A stretch of 64,000 nucleotides of DNA, from NCBI GenBank assembly GCA_965277285.1, contig OZ255721.1, forward strand, positions 1,760,001-1,824,000, read 5' to 3'. Every line of letters starts with the position of its first letter. The first letter of the stretch is position 1. Of the stretch, positions 31,636-40,676 are shown piece by piece. The DNA comes from Abditibacteriaceae bacterium. Its GTDB lineage: Bacteria; Armatimonadota; Abditibacteriia; Abditibacteriales; Abditibacteriaceae. The notes below the pieces were generated by a model. That model made no database searches, had not been told where the DNA came from, and was given only the letters and a program-made list of their open reading frames with translations. The position numbers and the translations under genes are program-made.

Positions 31636-34401
31636 TACAACCAAGCCTTCGATTTCGCGCCCTGGCAACGCAACTTGCGCCAATTGCTGCAACGCCCATT
31701 CTTTGTCGCGTTTCGTGCGACCGCGCGCCACATCGAGCAAGCTCTTGATTTCGTCATTCGAGTACTCGATAGTCGTTCCGCGACGTGTTTTAACCGCCTC
31801 TTTGGCACGACGCGCGCGGCCTCGCGTTTTCAAAACACTTTGATCGAATGCCGAAACTTCGACGCTCGTCACATCTTTCAATAAGTGTTCGGCCAGCCAC
31901 GCTTGCATGATCGGATCGGCGTTTTCGCTGAGTTTCTTCAGCAGTTTCGCATCGAGAACACCGTCGCGGTGCGCTTCTAAAAACTCGCGGCCAAAAGCAC
32001 GAACACTCGCATTCGGGCTGTCGCATAACGCCAGAGCGCGATCTACCAGATCGAGTTGATCGTTGGTGTTGAACCAACTTTTCGCCATTTCAAATGGCTG
32101 CGGCAAACCGCTTTCCATCAGGCGCAAAGCCAGCGGCAAATCGAGTCCGATTTCGCGGATGCGCGCCAAACCCAAAGCGCGAATGGCGCCAAACGGATGC
32201 GTCGCGGCAGCCAGCAAAGCGCCGTTGGAACGTCCCAGTTGATTGATGTTCGCGTCGAGCCAGCGCACCAAATACGGCTCCAGCTCCATCGGCGTGTGCG
32301 CCAACCATTCGGCGACAGCGGAAGAGGTTACATGGACGAACGTCGCGGCGATTTCTTCATCGTCCAAAAGGCGCTTTTGCAAGGCTTCGTCGGCGCCGTT
32401 CGCCACGCGTTCGAGTACTCGATTCCAGAACGCGTCCACCAAATCGGGATTTTGCAGCGTGGCCAGAAAATCGGGGTTTTGCAGCGTGTGCAACAACGTC
32501 GCGCGCGCTGCACGCCATTGATCGTCGTTGGCAGAAAGAGCGCGCTCGATTTGCAAAGCGGACGACAAACGTCGGAAGAACGAGGCGAAAAACGCGGGCG
32601 AAAGCTGCGCGAAAAACGCGGGGACTTGAATGAGGAAAGCGGCGAATTCATCGGAAGAAAAATGGGCACGCTCGAAGATTTGCCGCGCGCCTTCATTGTT
32701 GGCGGCGGTTTGGTGAATCGCAGGCGCAATCCAAGCGCGCAAATTCCACACGCGCTGCCACAAATCGCGTGCGGCTTCTTTCGTCATCGCTGTTGCCGCC
32801 AGAAACTGCCAGCCAACGGCATTCAACGCTTGATCGCTTTGATCAGAAACCAGCTTAAACGCGTCTTCAGCAGAAGGCTGCAAATGCGCCGATTCCGCGA
32901 AAAACGCTTCCATTACTTGAGCTTGCAATTCGGGCTGCAGCCGCGCGATGTCGCTCAAACGAGCAAGCTGTCCAGTTTTCGCTTGTTGACGAACGCGTTC
33001 GAGCATCCACAAACGCGCGCTTTCGCTCACGGAGGCAAAGGTTGGAAGATTGCGCCAGAACACATCGTCGCCGATGAGGTTTTGAAAACGCTCGATCAAC
33101 AAAGCGGCGCTGCGGCGTTTTTTTGTCGCTGAACGTTGCTCCAAGGCTTCGCTAAGGATTTGCGCTGCGTCGCTGCGCCACGTCACATTATTTTCTGGTA
33201 AAGGTTGCGCGCTCAACATGATGCGACGCGTCTTCGCGCTGCCCAGCAAGACCAAACGCGCCCAGGCGCGTCCGCCGATGGTTTCGCCGCGCTGCCACGC
33301 TTGCGCAAATTGACGCGTCGCCAAGCTTTGCAAAAGCGGCAAATCGCTGCTCAGAAAACGCACCAACTGCCTACGGTCGAGTACTCGATTGTCGGCATCT
33401 TCGCCGTGCGCGCGCAAAACCTTTAGCGCCATTTCGTTGGCTTCCAGCGGCACTTGCATTTGCCTCAACAATTCGCGCGCTTCGTCCAGATGCGCGTCCC
33501 AAATCTCGGGAGCACGTTCTTCGCGGCGCAAGCGCACAAATTGACCGGCGATGTTCTTGTAAGCGCCGCGTCCTGGCTGCGTTTGTTTCCAGCGCGGACT
33601 GTTGGCAAACAAGACATCGAAGGTCGCCCAGTTCAAAGCCGGATCGAGTACGCGATTGCCTTCTTCGCGCAACAATTGCAGCACAAGTTGAAGGTATAAA
33701 TCGGGGTTTTTCTGCGAAAGCCCGCGCAGAATACGGCGCGCGCGGCGCTTCATATATTGCAGCGTCGGCTTTTTGGGGCCATCGGTTTGCAGGTGAATAA
33801 ACTGCGGATCGGTCACATCCACGATGAACGTATATTCGGGATTTTGCCTGCCGCGCCAAGTGGGGCCGCAAACGATTCTCAATTCGCCGCCATCCAGAGA
33901 AACGGTTTTCACTTCGTAAATATATTGGCGCGCATCGAAATCGAAGGCGATGGTTTGCGATGGCGCGGCTTCCTCTTGCGCCGTCAAGCCCAGAGTTTTG
34001 CGCAGCGCCGAGACGACGCCTTTTTTCTCTGTGCTGCTGACGACCAGACGCCAGCCGGTGTAATCGTACCATTGATTGCGACCGCCAATCGTGTAAGTGA
34101 AACCGTTGCCTTCAACGCTTTTCGGCGTTCTTCCGACAGTTGATGCATTCACGGCTTTCCATCGATTACTCGATTGCGTCCAAGCCGCTTCATCCACGCG
34201 CTTGAGCAAAACGCCCAGCATTTCGATGTCGGGATGGCCGTCGTTCAGCGCGGCTTCGACTTTTTTGAACAATTGCTTGAACGGTTTCCACGCGCCATAT
34301 TGCAACGTCGTGGTGCGCGCGAAATCGAGCAGCAAATCGCGTTCTTCGCGCGAAACGTTGGGGAACTTGTCAACAAAGGGAAGCAAAGCCGCAGGAGACA
34401 T
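31624..34401 (-). CDS. Large alpha-helical (ARM/HEAT-like) retron-associated protein
   Basis: 925-aa Leu/Ala-rich ORF co-oriented with the SWIM and RT genes; fold inferred from composition only. Confidence 0.7.
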   Translation of the reverse strand: MSPAALLPFVDKFPNVSREERDLLLDFARTTTLQYGAWKPFKQLFKKVEAALNDGHPDIEMLGVLLKRVDEAAWTQSSNRWKAVNASTVGRTPKSVEGNGFTYTIGGRNQWYDYTGWRLVVSSTEKKGVVSALRKTLGLTAQEEAAPSQTIAFDFDARQYIYEVKTVSLDGGELRIVCGPTWRGRQNPEYTFIVDVTDPQFIHLQTDGPKKPTLQYMKRRARRILRGLSQKNPDLYLQLVLQLLREEGNRVLDPALNWATFDVLFANSPRWKQTQPGRGAYKNIAGQFVRLRREERAPEIWDAHLDEARELLRQMQVPLEANEMALKVLRAHGEDADNRVLDRRQLVRFLSSDLPLLQSLATRQFAQAWQRGETIGGRAWARLVLLGSAKTRRIMLSAQPLPENNVTWRSDAAQILSEALEQRSATKKRRSAALLIERFQNLIGDDVFWRNLPTFASVSESARLWMLERVRQQAKTGQLARLSDIARLQPELQAQVMEAFFAESAHLQPSAEDAFKLVSDQSDQALNAVGWQFLAATAMTKEAARDLWQRVWNLRAWIAPAIHQTAANNEGARQIFERAHFSSDEFAAFLIQVPAFFAQLSPAFFASFFRRLSSALQIERALSANDDQWRAARATLLHTLQNPDFLATLQNPDLVDAFWNRVLERVANGADEALQKRLLDDEEIAATFVHVTSSAVAEWLAHTPMELEPYLVRWLDANINQLGRSNGALLAAATHPFGAIRALGLARIREIGLDLPLALRLMESGLPQPFEMAKSWFNTNDQLDLVDRALALCDSPNASVRAFGREFLEAHRDGVLDAKLLKKLSENADPIMQAWLAEHLLKDVTSVEVSAFDQSVLKTRGRARRAKEAVKTRRGTTIEYSNDEIKSLLDVARGRTKRDKEWALQQLAQVALPGREIEGLVVVSD

Positions 34402-34426
34402 AAGCGTGAAGAACCCGGAAATAAAA

Positions 34427-34662
34427 TCTTTGAAGCGGATAACTTCCGCTAAACGAAAACGGACGGGCGCCGGTCACTGCAACCCTATAGTGACAACTAC
34501 TCGAATTAAGGGCCTGAACCACGTTTCCACAGCGGGACATTAATTCGAGTAGTTGTCACTATAGGGTGAAATCACACCGACGACCCGTGATGAAATGCGA
34601 GCAATGCGACGACTGCGGCGAAACGCCGAAGATTGGTTGCCGAAAATCATCCGCTTCAAAGA
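34427..34662 (-). ncRNA. Retron msr/msd-like ncRNA cassette 1
   Basis: 14-bp terminal inverted repeat (34427-34440 / 34649-34662); 28-bp perfect stem (34482-34509 / 34540-34567) with a 30-nt loop; small CGGCGAAACGCCG hairpin. Confidence 0.8.
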
Positions 34663-34727
34663 ACAACGACTTTGGTTGAAACGACTTCAGGAAAAACGAC
34701 TTGCAGGAAAATAGCGGAAAAACAACG

Positions 34728-34974
34728 TTTTGCACCTTAAAGAACACGCTTTCCGCTAAACAGAATGGGACGGGCGCCGGTCACTGCAACCCCGATACGC
34801 ACCGGTAGCGGCTTCAGAGACTGAGCCACGCTTTTCCAGCGGGCAATGAAGCCGCTACCGGTGCGTATCGGGGTGAAATCACACCGGCGGCCCGTGATGA
34901 ATAACAAGCAATGCGACGGTCGCGGCGAAACGCCGAGAACAAATTGCCGGAAACGCGTTCTTCAAGGTGCAAAA
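34728..34974 (-). ncRNA. Retron msr/msd-like ncRNA cassette 2
   Basis: Terminal inverted repeat (34728-34755 / 34948-34974) whose mismatches are G-U on the minus strand; 28-bp perfect stem (34789-34816 / 34847-34874) with a 30-nt loop; scaffold shared with cassette 1. Confidence 0.8.
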
Positions 34975-34983
34975 AGTAACTCG

Positions 34984-35024
34984 ATTATACGCCGCGATGG
35001 TTTCATCGTCAATAGTGAAACCAT
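34984..35024 (-). promoter_or_regulatory. Near-consensus sigma70 promoter of the retron locus with an operator-like palindrome
   Basis: TTGACG (35012-35007)-N17-TATAAT (34989-34984); ATGGTTTCA-N10-TGAAACCAT at 34997-35024. Confidence 0.75.
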
Positions 35025-35041
35025 TTTATTTTTGGATGAAT

Positions 35042-35133
35042 CACAGAGACACAAAGGTCACAGAGCAGAAAGAGATTTTAATTCGAGTACTCAATTCTCT
35101 TTCCTAAATCTTTGTGACCTTTGTGTCTCTGTG
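35042..35133. repeat. Palindromic repeat family D (CACAGAGACACAAAG.../...CTTTGTGTCTCTGTG)
   Basis: Inverted repeat; related sequences at 41841-41954, near 29268 and near 58132. Confidence 0.7.
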
Positions 35134-35209
35134 GTCTAAATGTCTTGGCGTTCTTTGCGACTTGGCGGTTAAAATAAAGCATCTTAATCAAGGAATCGAG
35201 TACTCGAAT

Positions 35210-36316
35210 ATGACACTTTCTAAAGCGGCCATTTTTGAAGGCATCGGCAAGCCGCTGATTATCGACGAAATCGAAGTGGACGATCCCAAAGCGGGCGAAG
35301 TCCTGGTCAAGCTGGACGCGACGGGACTTTGCCACACCGAAGTCTGGTATATGAGCGGCGGCGATACGACCACGCGCGCGCCTTCTATTTTGGGACACGA
35401 AGGCGGCGGCGTTGTCGTCAAGGTCGGAAGCGGCGTGACTGAATTTGCCGAAGGCGATCACGTGGTGCCGATTTACATTCCCGAATGCGGTCATTGCGTC
35501 GAATGTCGCAGCGGCATTACGAATTTGTGCAGTGCATTGGACGACGCGTATTTTGGCGGCTCGATGAACGATGGCACGGTGCGTTTTCATCGTCACGGCC
35601 AAGATTTGAACCATTTCATGCTGACCAGTACGTTTAGTCAATACACGGTTGTGCATCAGGAAGCACTCGTTAAGATTCGCCCCGATGCGCCGCTGGATCG
35701 CGCGTGTTTATTCGGTTGCGCCGTCACGACGGGCATTGGCGCGGCGTTGTGGACATCGAAAGTGACGGAAGGCTCGACGTGCGTGGTTTTCGGTTGCGGC
35801 CCGATTGGACTGAACGCAATTCAAGGTTGTCGCTTGGCCAAAGCCGGAAAGATTATCGCGGTTGATTTGAACGAAGAACGTTTGCAAAAAGCCAAACAGT
35901 TCGGCGCGACCGATTTATTGAAACCCGAAAGCGGCAACGGCACCCAAGCTGTCAAAGAGATGACGAACGGCGGCGCCGACTTCGTGTTTGAAGCGACCGG
36001 CAATGTTCACGTCATGCGCCAGGCACTCGAAGCGACGCGTTACGGCGGCGGCAAATGTTGCGTGATCGGCGTCGCCAAAACCGGCGAAGTTGTCGAAGTG
36101 ACGCCGCGTTTGCTCATCGCGGGACGCACACTTTTAGGAACGGCATTTGGCGGCTGCCGAGGCAAAAGCCAATTGCCTGAACTAATTGATCGTTACATGA
36201 ACGGCGAGATTTTCGTCGATGAACTGGTGACGGGAACGATTGCATTGGAAGGCATCAACGAGGCGTTTGAGCACATGAAGCAGGATTCGGGTTATCGCTA
36301 TGTCGTGAAGTATTGA
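35210..36316 (+). CDS. Zinc-dependent alcohol dehydrogenase (class III-like)
   Basis: GLCHTE, GHEGGG, C..C..C.......C, GCAVTTG, GCGPIG. Confidence 0.9.
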   Translation: MTLSKAAIFEGIGKPLIIDEIEVDDPKAGEVLVKLDATGLCHTEVWYMSGGDTTTRAPSILGHEGGGVVVKVGSGVTEFAEGDHVVPIYIPECGHCVECRSGITNLCSALDDAYFGGSMNDGTVRFHRHGQDLNHFMLTSTFSQYTVVHQEALVKIRPDAPLDRACLFGCAVTTGIGAALWTSKVTEGSTCVVFGCGPIGLNAIQGCRLAKAGKIIAVDLNEERLQKAKQFGATDLLKPESGNGTQAVKEMTNGGADFVFEATGNVHVMRQALEATRYGGGKCCVIGVAKTGEVVEVTPRLLIAGRTLLGTAFGGCRGKSQLPELIDRYMNGEIFVDELVTGTIALEGINEAFEHMKQDSGYRYVVKY

Positions 36317-36425
36317 GGTGATGTCGAGGGCGAGATATATCTCGCCCCTACTGATTAAAAGGCGTTATCGAGTACTCGATTTCGTGTGCGGTTCTCTTTG
36401 CTCGACTCGCACGATGAAGGAAGTT

Positions 36426-39158
36426 ATGCCCACTTGGAAACCGTTTTACGATGAAGTCGCGCGCCGCGTGCTGACGTTTGAGGACAGGCAGAACGAACTG
36501 CTGGCACTTGTGCGCGAAATGAAGGCCGCCGGTTTACACGCGATCCCTCTGGGCGACGGCACTCCTGACGCCCCTAAAGCCGAACTGGTCGAAATTGATC
36601 CGTTCACTTTTTTAGCGAACTTTCATCGCAGCAGCGAAGATTCGCGGCGCGATTTGTGGGACTTCCTGCGCAGAAAGTGGAACCTTTCTCATCCGGTTCC
36701 CGCCGACTTCGATGGTGTTCCCACAGTGTACGCGCAGCAATTCTGGTTCTTCCCATATATCGCCGAGCGCAAAGCCGACGACATTACATCGCTATGGCAA
36801 CTGGCGCGCGTTGCGGTTGAGAATCCGGAATTGCTGTCGAATAAACTTTTCAGTCGCCGCCTCGATATTGGCGACGTTACGGTCACAAAACTGACCTGCG
36901 TATTGTTCTGGCTCAATGCAGAAAACTTTCTTTCGCTCGACAGCACGATGCGCGCATATCTTCTGGAGAACAACATTGTATGGGACGATGCGGGCATCAA
37001 AAGCGGCGACGTTTCGGCTTACCGCGACTTGATGAACCACGTTCAAGAAAAGCTGGGTTCCGGCTATCCACAAATCAGCGATGATGCGTGGAAGGCCAAA
37101 CATCCAGTACTCGAAATGCCCTCCACAACATCACAAACCCGCTTCTGGAAACTATCGCCGGGCGAAAACGCGTACCTTTGGGAGAACTGGCGCGATAAGG
37201 GTCTTTGCGCTATTGGCTGGCCGTTTCTGGGCAACGTCGCGCCGATGAACGGCGTTGAACTGGAAACGCGACGCACGGAAATAGTGAGTCATCCAGAACA
37301 ATTCGAGAAAGCTCATCGCTACACACCGGACAGCGTGAAGCAGGTCTGGCAATTTGCTCATGACATCAAAGAGGGCGACTTCATTGTTGCCAACCAAGGA
37401 ACGAAGAAAGTGTTGGGCATCGGCACTGTAACCGGGCCGTACGAATTTAGTTCAGAAGATGAACATTATGCGCATCAACTGCCTGTACGCTGGCATGACA
37501 CGACTGCCCGCGATGTGCAGCAAGGCGGCTGGCGAAGCACTTTGATCGAGCTAAATCGTGCGAAGTTTGACGCCATCTTGAATGCCGGAGCGGAAGGAGC
37601 AGGCGTACCGATCTCACCCGTTGTCGAACTGAATTCCAGCAATGGAATCGAGGAATCTATGCCGCCGCTCAACAAAATCCTTTATGGCCCACCGGGAACT
37701 GGAAAAACCTACACCACGATTGAAGAAGCCGTGCGCATCATTGGCGGCGATTCACCGATGCCGCATTTGCCCAACGGCAAAGTTGATCATGCCGCCTGCA
37801 AGCGCGATTTCGACCTTTTGCGCGCAGCGGGACGCATCGGCTTCGTCACGTTTCATCAGTCGTTTTCCTACGAAGAGTTCGTTGAAGGCATTCGTCCTGT
37901 CCTCGATGATGCTACAGGCAGCGCGCGGTACATTTGCCGCCCTGGAGTTTTGAAAGACATCGCGCTGCGTGCTCTGGGCGCGGCGCTGGTGCCCGTCGAG
38001 ACAGGTCGCGTAACGTTTGAACAAGTCTGGGATGTTTTCATTGAGCAAACAGAAACGGCGACAGAAGCGTCACCGGATTGGTTGCTGCCTGGAATCGGGC
38101 CGAGTGAATATCGCATTTCGTTCACGGCAAGCGGCAATGTCATCGGGGAGAACGTAAAAGGCAATGCAGCCGCGCCTTACAATGCTTCCCGACAGAACAT
38201 CGAGTTGGTGTGGGAAAAGTTGCCCGAAAGTGTCACGCCTTCACACAACATTCTGCACGAAATTATCGGCAAGGGCGCTCATACGAATTTGATTGGCGCT
38301 ATCGTCAAAGATTTACGTCGGATAGAAAAGTCGCTTTCGCCCAGCAGCATCACAAAGATTGATCCACTCGAAGCCGCAAAAAGCTTCCTTCGCGGATCGC
38401 AACTTTACCGACTCGATCCAGCTAACGCACCACGTTTTGTGCTTATCATCGACGAAATCAATCGCGGCAATATCTCGAAGATTTTGGGCGAACTCATCAC
38501 GCTGCTGGAAGAAGACAAACGCCTGGGAGCCGAGAACGCGCTTTCCGTGACGCTGCCGACTTCGGGCGAAACCTTCGCGCTGCCCCCGAACTTGTTCGTC
38601 ATCGGCACGATGAACACAGCCGATAAAAGTTTGGCTTTGCTCGACATCGCGTTGCGCCGCCGCTTTTCTTTCCAGGAAATGCCGCCGCGCTTTGAAGTCT
38701 GCGAAAACCTGACGCCCGCACAGCGCGTGGTTCTAACCGAACTCAACATTCGCCTGACCCAAACGCGCGACCGCGAACATCGCATCGGTCACGCCTATTT
38801 CACCAACTGCAAAAGCGCCGTCGATTTCGACCGCACTTTTCACGACAAAATCGTGCCGCTCTTGCAAGAGTTTTTCTACAACGATTGGGACGGTTTGCGC
38901 TTTGTGCTGGGCGAAAGCGGCAACAACGGCACCTTCGTGCGCGCCCTGCCCGAAAGTGGCAGTGGACGCGCGCGCACTCGCTGGCAATGGTGGTTCGATG
39001 TGGGCGAAGCAGATTTTTCGTTCTGCGACGTGCTGCTCAAAGACTATAAATTGACACCGCAAGCCGCCAGTGACTTATCTGGTGTCGCTGCGATTGGCAC
39101 GGCAACGTTTGAAGACGAGAGCCAGGTGGAAGATGAGACGGACGGCGATGACGAATAA
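36426..39158 (+). CDS. mcrB: McrB-like AAA+ GTPase (type IV restriction)
   Basis: GPPGTGKT, FHQSFSYEEFVEG, IDEINRGN, MNTAD, LRRRF; extended N-terminal region. Confidence 0.9.
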   Translation: MPTWKPFYDEVARRVLTFEDRQNELLALVREMKAAGLHAIPLGDGTPDAPKAELVEIDPFTFLANFHRSSEDSRRDLWDFLRRKWNLSHPVPADFDGVPTVYAQQFWFFPYIAERKADDITSLWQLARVAVENPELLSNKLFSRRLDIGDVTVTKLTCVLFWLNAENFLSLDSTMRAYLLENNIVWDDAGIKSGDVSAYRDLMNHVQEKLGSGYPQISDDAWKAKHPVLEMPSTTSQTRFWKLSPGENAYLWENWRDKGLCAIGWPFLGNVAPMNGVELETRRTEIVSHPEQFEKAHRYTPDSVKQVWQFAHDIKEGDFIVANQGTKKVLGIGTVTGPYEFSSEDEHYAHQLPVRWHDTTARDVQQGGWRSTLIELNRAKFDAILNAGAEGAGVPISPVVELNSSNGIEESMPPLNKILYGPPGTGKTYTTIEEAVRIIGGDSPMPHLPNGKVDHAACKRDFDLLRAAGRIGFVTFHQSFSYEEFVEGIRPVLDDATGSARYICRPGVLKDIALRALGAALVPVETGRVTFEQVWDVFIEQTETATEASPDWLLPGIGPSEYRISFTASGNVIGENVKGNAAAPYNASRQNIELVWEKLPESVTPSHNILHEIIGKGAHTNLIGAIVKDLRRIEKSLSPSSITKIDPLEAAKSFLRGSQLYRLDPANAPRFVLIIDEINRGNISKILGELITLLEEDKRLGAENALSVTLPTSGETFALPPNLFVIGTMNTADKSLALLDIALRRRFSFQEMPPRFEVCENLTPAQRVVLTELNIRLTQTRDREHRIGHAYFTNCKSAVDFDRTFHDKIVPLLQEFFYNDWDGLRFVLGESGNNGTFVRALPESGSGRARTRWQWWFDVGEADFSFCDVLLKDYKLTPQAASDLSGVAAIGTATFEDESQVEDETDGDDE

Positions 39159-40491
39159 CGGCGGTCACAAGGGCGAGATTACACGCTTGTGCGAATGGTC
39201 GAAAGTACGTGTCTCGCCGCAAGTGTGGACGCGCGAGCGCCGCATGGCACTGACTTCCGCCGCCGATTCGTGGCGTCGTGTCAACAATCTGCCGCAAGCG
39301 CCCTTGAACTGGAGCGGCGTCGATGGATGTGTTCTCGAAGCGAATCGTTACGCGGGCGTCGTGCAGATCGAGGGCGCGACAGTCGAGATTTATCCCAAGC
39401 TCGACGCGCATTTGCTGGAACGAACCGCGCCCGATGAAAGTGCAGCGCACTCGGTCTTATCTTCTTTGACTTGGATGCTGGAGGTTGCGAACTTCGGTGA
39501 CGCCATCGACGCGCAAACAGCGACGCTGGGCACGGCGCCGCTCGAGTTTGCCGACATCTGGGCGTGGCTGTTCGCGCGCGATCTGCGCGAGCAATTGCAA
39601 CTGGGACTGGCCAGCGCCTACATCGCTCATCAAGACGACATAATGGCGGTGCGCGGGCGCATTCAAATCGCGCGGCAGGTTTCGCAAAATTGGAATCGCT
39701 TCGACCGCATCGCTTGTGCGTGGGACGAATGGACGCCCGACACGGCGCTCAATCGAGTACTCAAATGCGCTTGTCGCGTGCTGTCGCGCCGCGTCTCGCA
39801 TCCGGTGACACGCGGACTCATTTTCGATTGCCTGTTTCTGTTGGAAGAAGTCCGCGATGTGGCGCCCGAAACCGCCCTGCACGCCGCCGCGCGCCTGATT
39901 CACACCCGCGCCACCGAGCGTTTTCGCTTGAGCTTCGATTTTGCGCGTCGCATCTTGCAGGGCAGCGGACCAGCGCTGGGTGCGGGCGGCGAAGACACTT
40001 TCGTATTTCTGGTCAACATGGACAAAGTGTTTGAAGCTTTTGCGCGCGCCGTCATCGAAGCGCGTTTCAACACAATTGTCACCGAGCAGAAAGACTTGGG
40101 CACGCTGCTCGAATTGCGACTCGGAGGCGTTCGTCAAAAGGCCGATTTGCACTGGCGCGACAACGATGGTGTGTCTTGGATTGCCGATGCAAAATATAAG
40201 CATCTGGCAAAAGACAGCCAAAACGCCCTCGACTTTTTCGATGACGAAACCGAGAATCGTGCAGGTCGCAAATTATCGCCCGACGATGTGCGGCAAGTGG
40301 GCGTTTACGCCGAACTGTTGCGCCGCCAAAACAAGGGGATTGCGCTTCCGCAATTGATGATTCTTTATCCTTTTGTTGGCAAAGGGCGCTTTGCTATTTC
40401 CCAATGCCGAATGTGGAACGGCGCTCAACTTTCGCTGGTTCCGCTATGTGTGACGCCGCGCGCCAATCTGAGACAATGCGCGCCACTCTAA
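39148..40491 (+). CDS. mcrC: McrC-like nuclease subunit
   Basis: Overlaps the mcrB stop; IYPK, VRGRI, FLVNMDKVFEAF, AD...IADAKYK, DVRQVGVY. Confidence 0.87.
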   Translation: MTNNGGHKGEITRLCEWSKVRVSPQVWTRERRMALTSAADSWRRVNNLPQAPLNWSGVDGCVLEANRYAGVVQIEGATVEIYPKLDAHLLERTAPDESAAHSVLSSLTWMLEVANFGDAIDAQTATLGTAPLEFADIWAWLFARDLREQLQLGLASAYIAHQDDIMAVRGRIQIARQVSQNWNRFDRIACAWDEWTPDTALNRVLKCACRVLSRRVSHPVTRGLIFDCLFLLEEVRDVAPETALHAAARLIHTRATERFRLSFDFARRILQGSGPALGAGGEDTFVFLVNMDKVFEAFARAVIEARFNTIVTEQKDLGTLLELRLGGVRQKADLHWRDNDGVSWIADAKYKHLAKDSQNALDFFDDETENRAGRKLSPDDVRQVGVYAELLRRQNKGIALPQLMILYPFVGKGRFAISQCRMWNGAQLSLVPLCVTPRANLRQCAPL

Positions 40492-40676
40492 ACGATTCAT
40501 CAGATTCCGGCATAGTGCGAACAACCAGCAACTTTTTCGGATCCACAATCGAGTACTCGAACGGAAAGATTGCCTCCTTCATAAGTCGCCCACAGCACTT
40601 CCTTTTACTTTAGGCGCACTCTTTTTGCAAGGCGGCAACGAAGACAGCAAACGTTTCAAACGAAGGAGCCAACCTC

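Noticed and set aside
34427..34974. CRISPR array reading of the repeat-variable-repeat pattern
   Set aside because: Only two units of about 240 nt, the variable parts are self-complementary stems, and no cas genes are in the window.
36318..36425. N-terminal extension of McrB given in the ORF track
   Set aside because: It spans a REP and the iterated palindrome; ATG 36426 has a plausible RBS.
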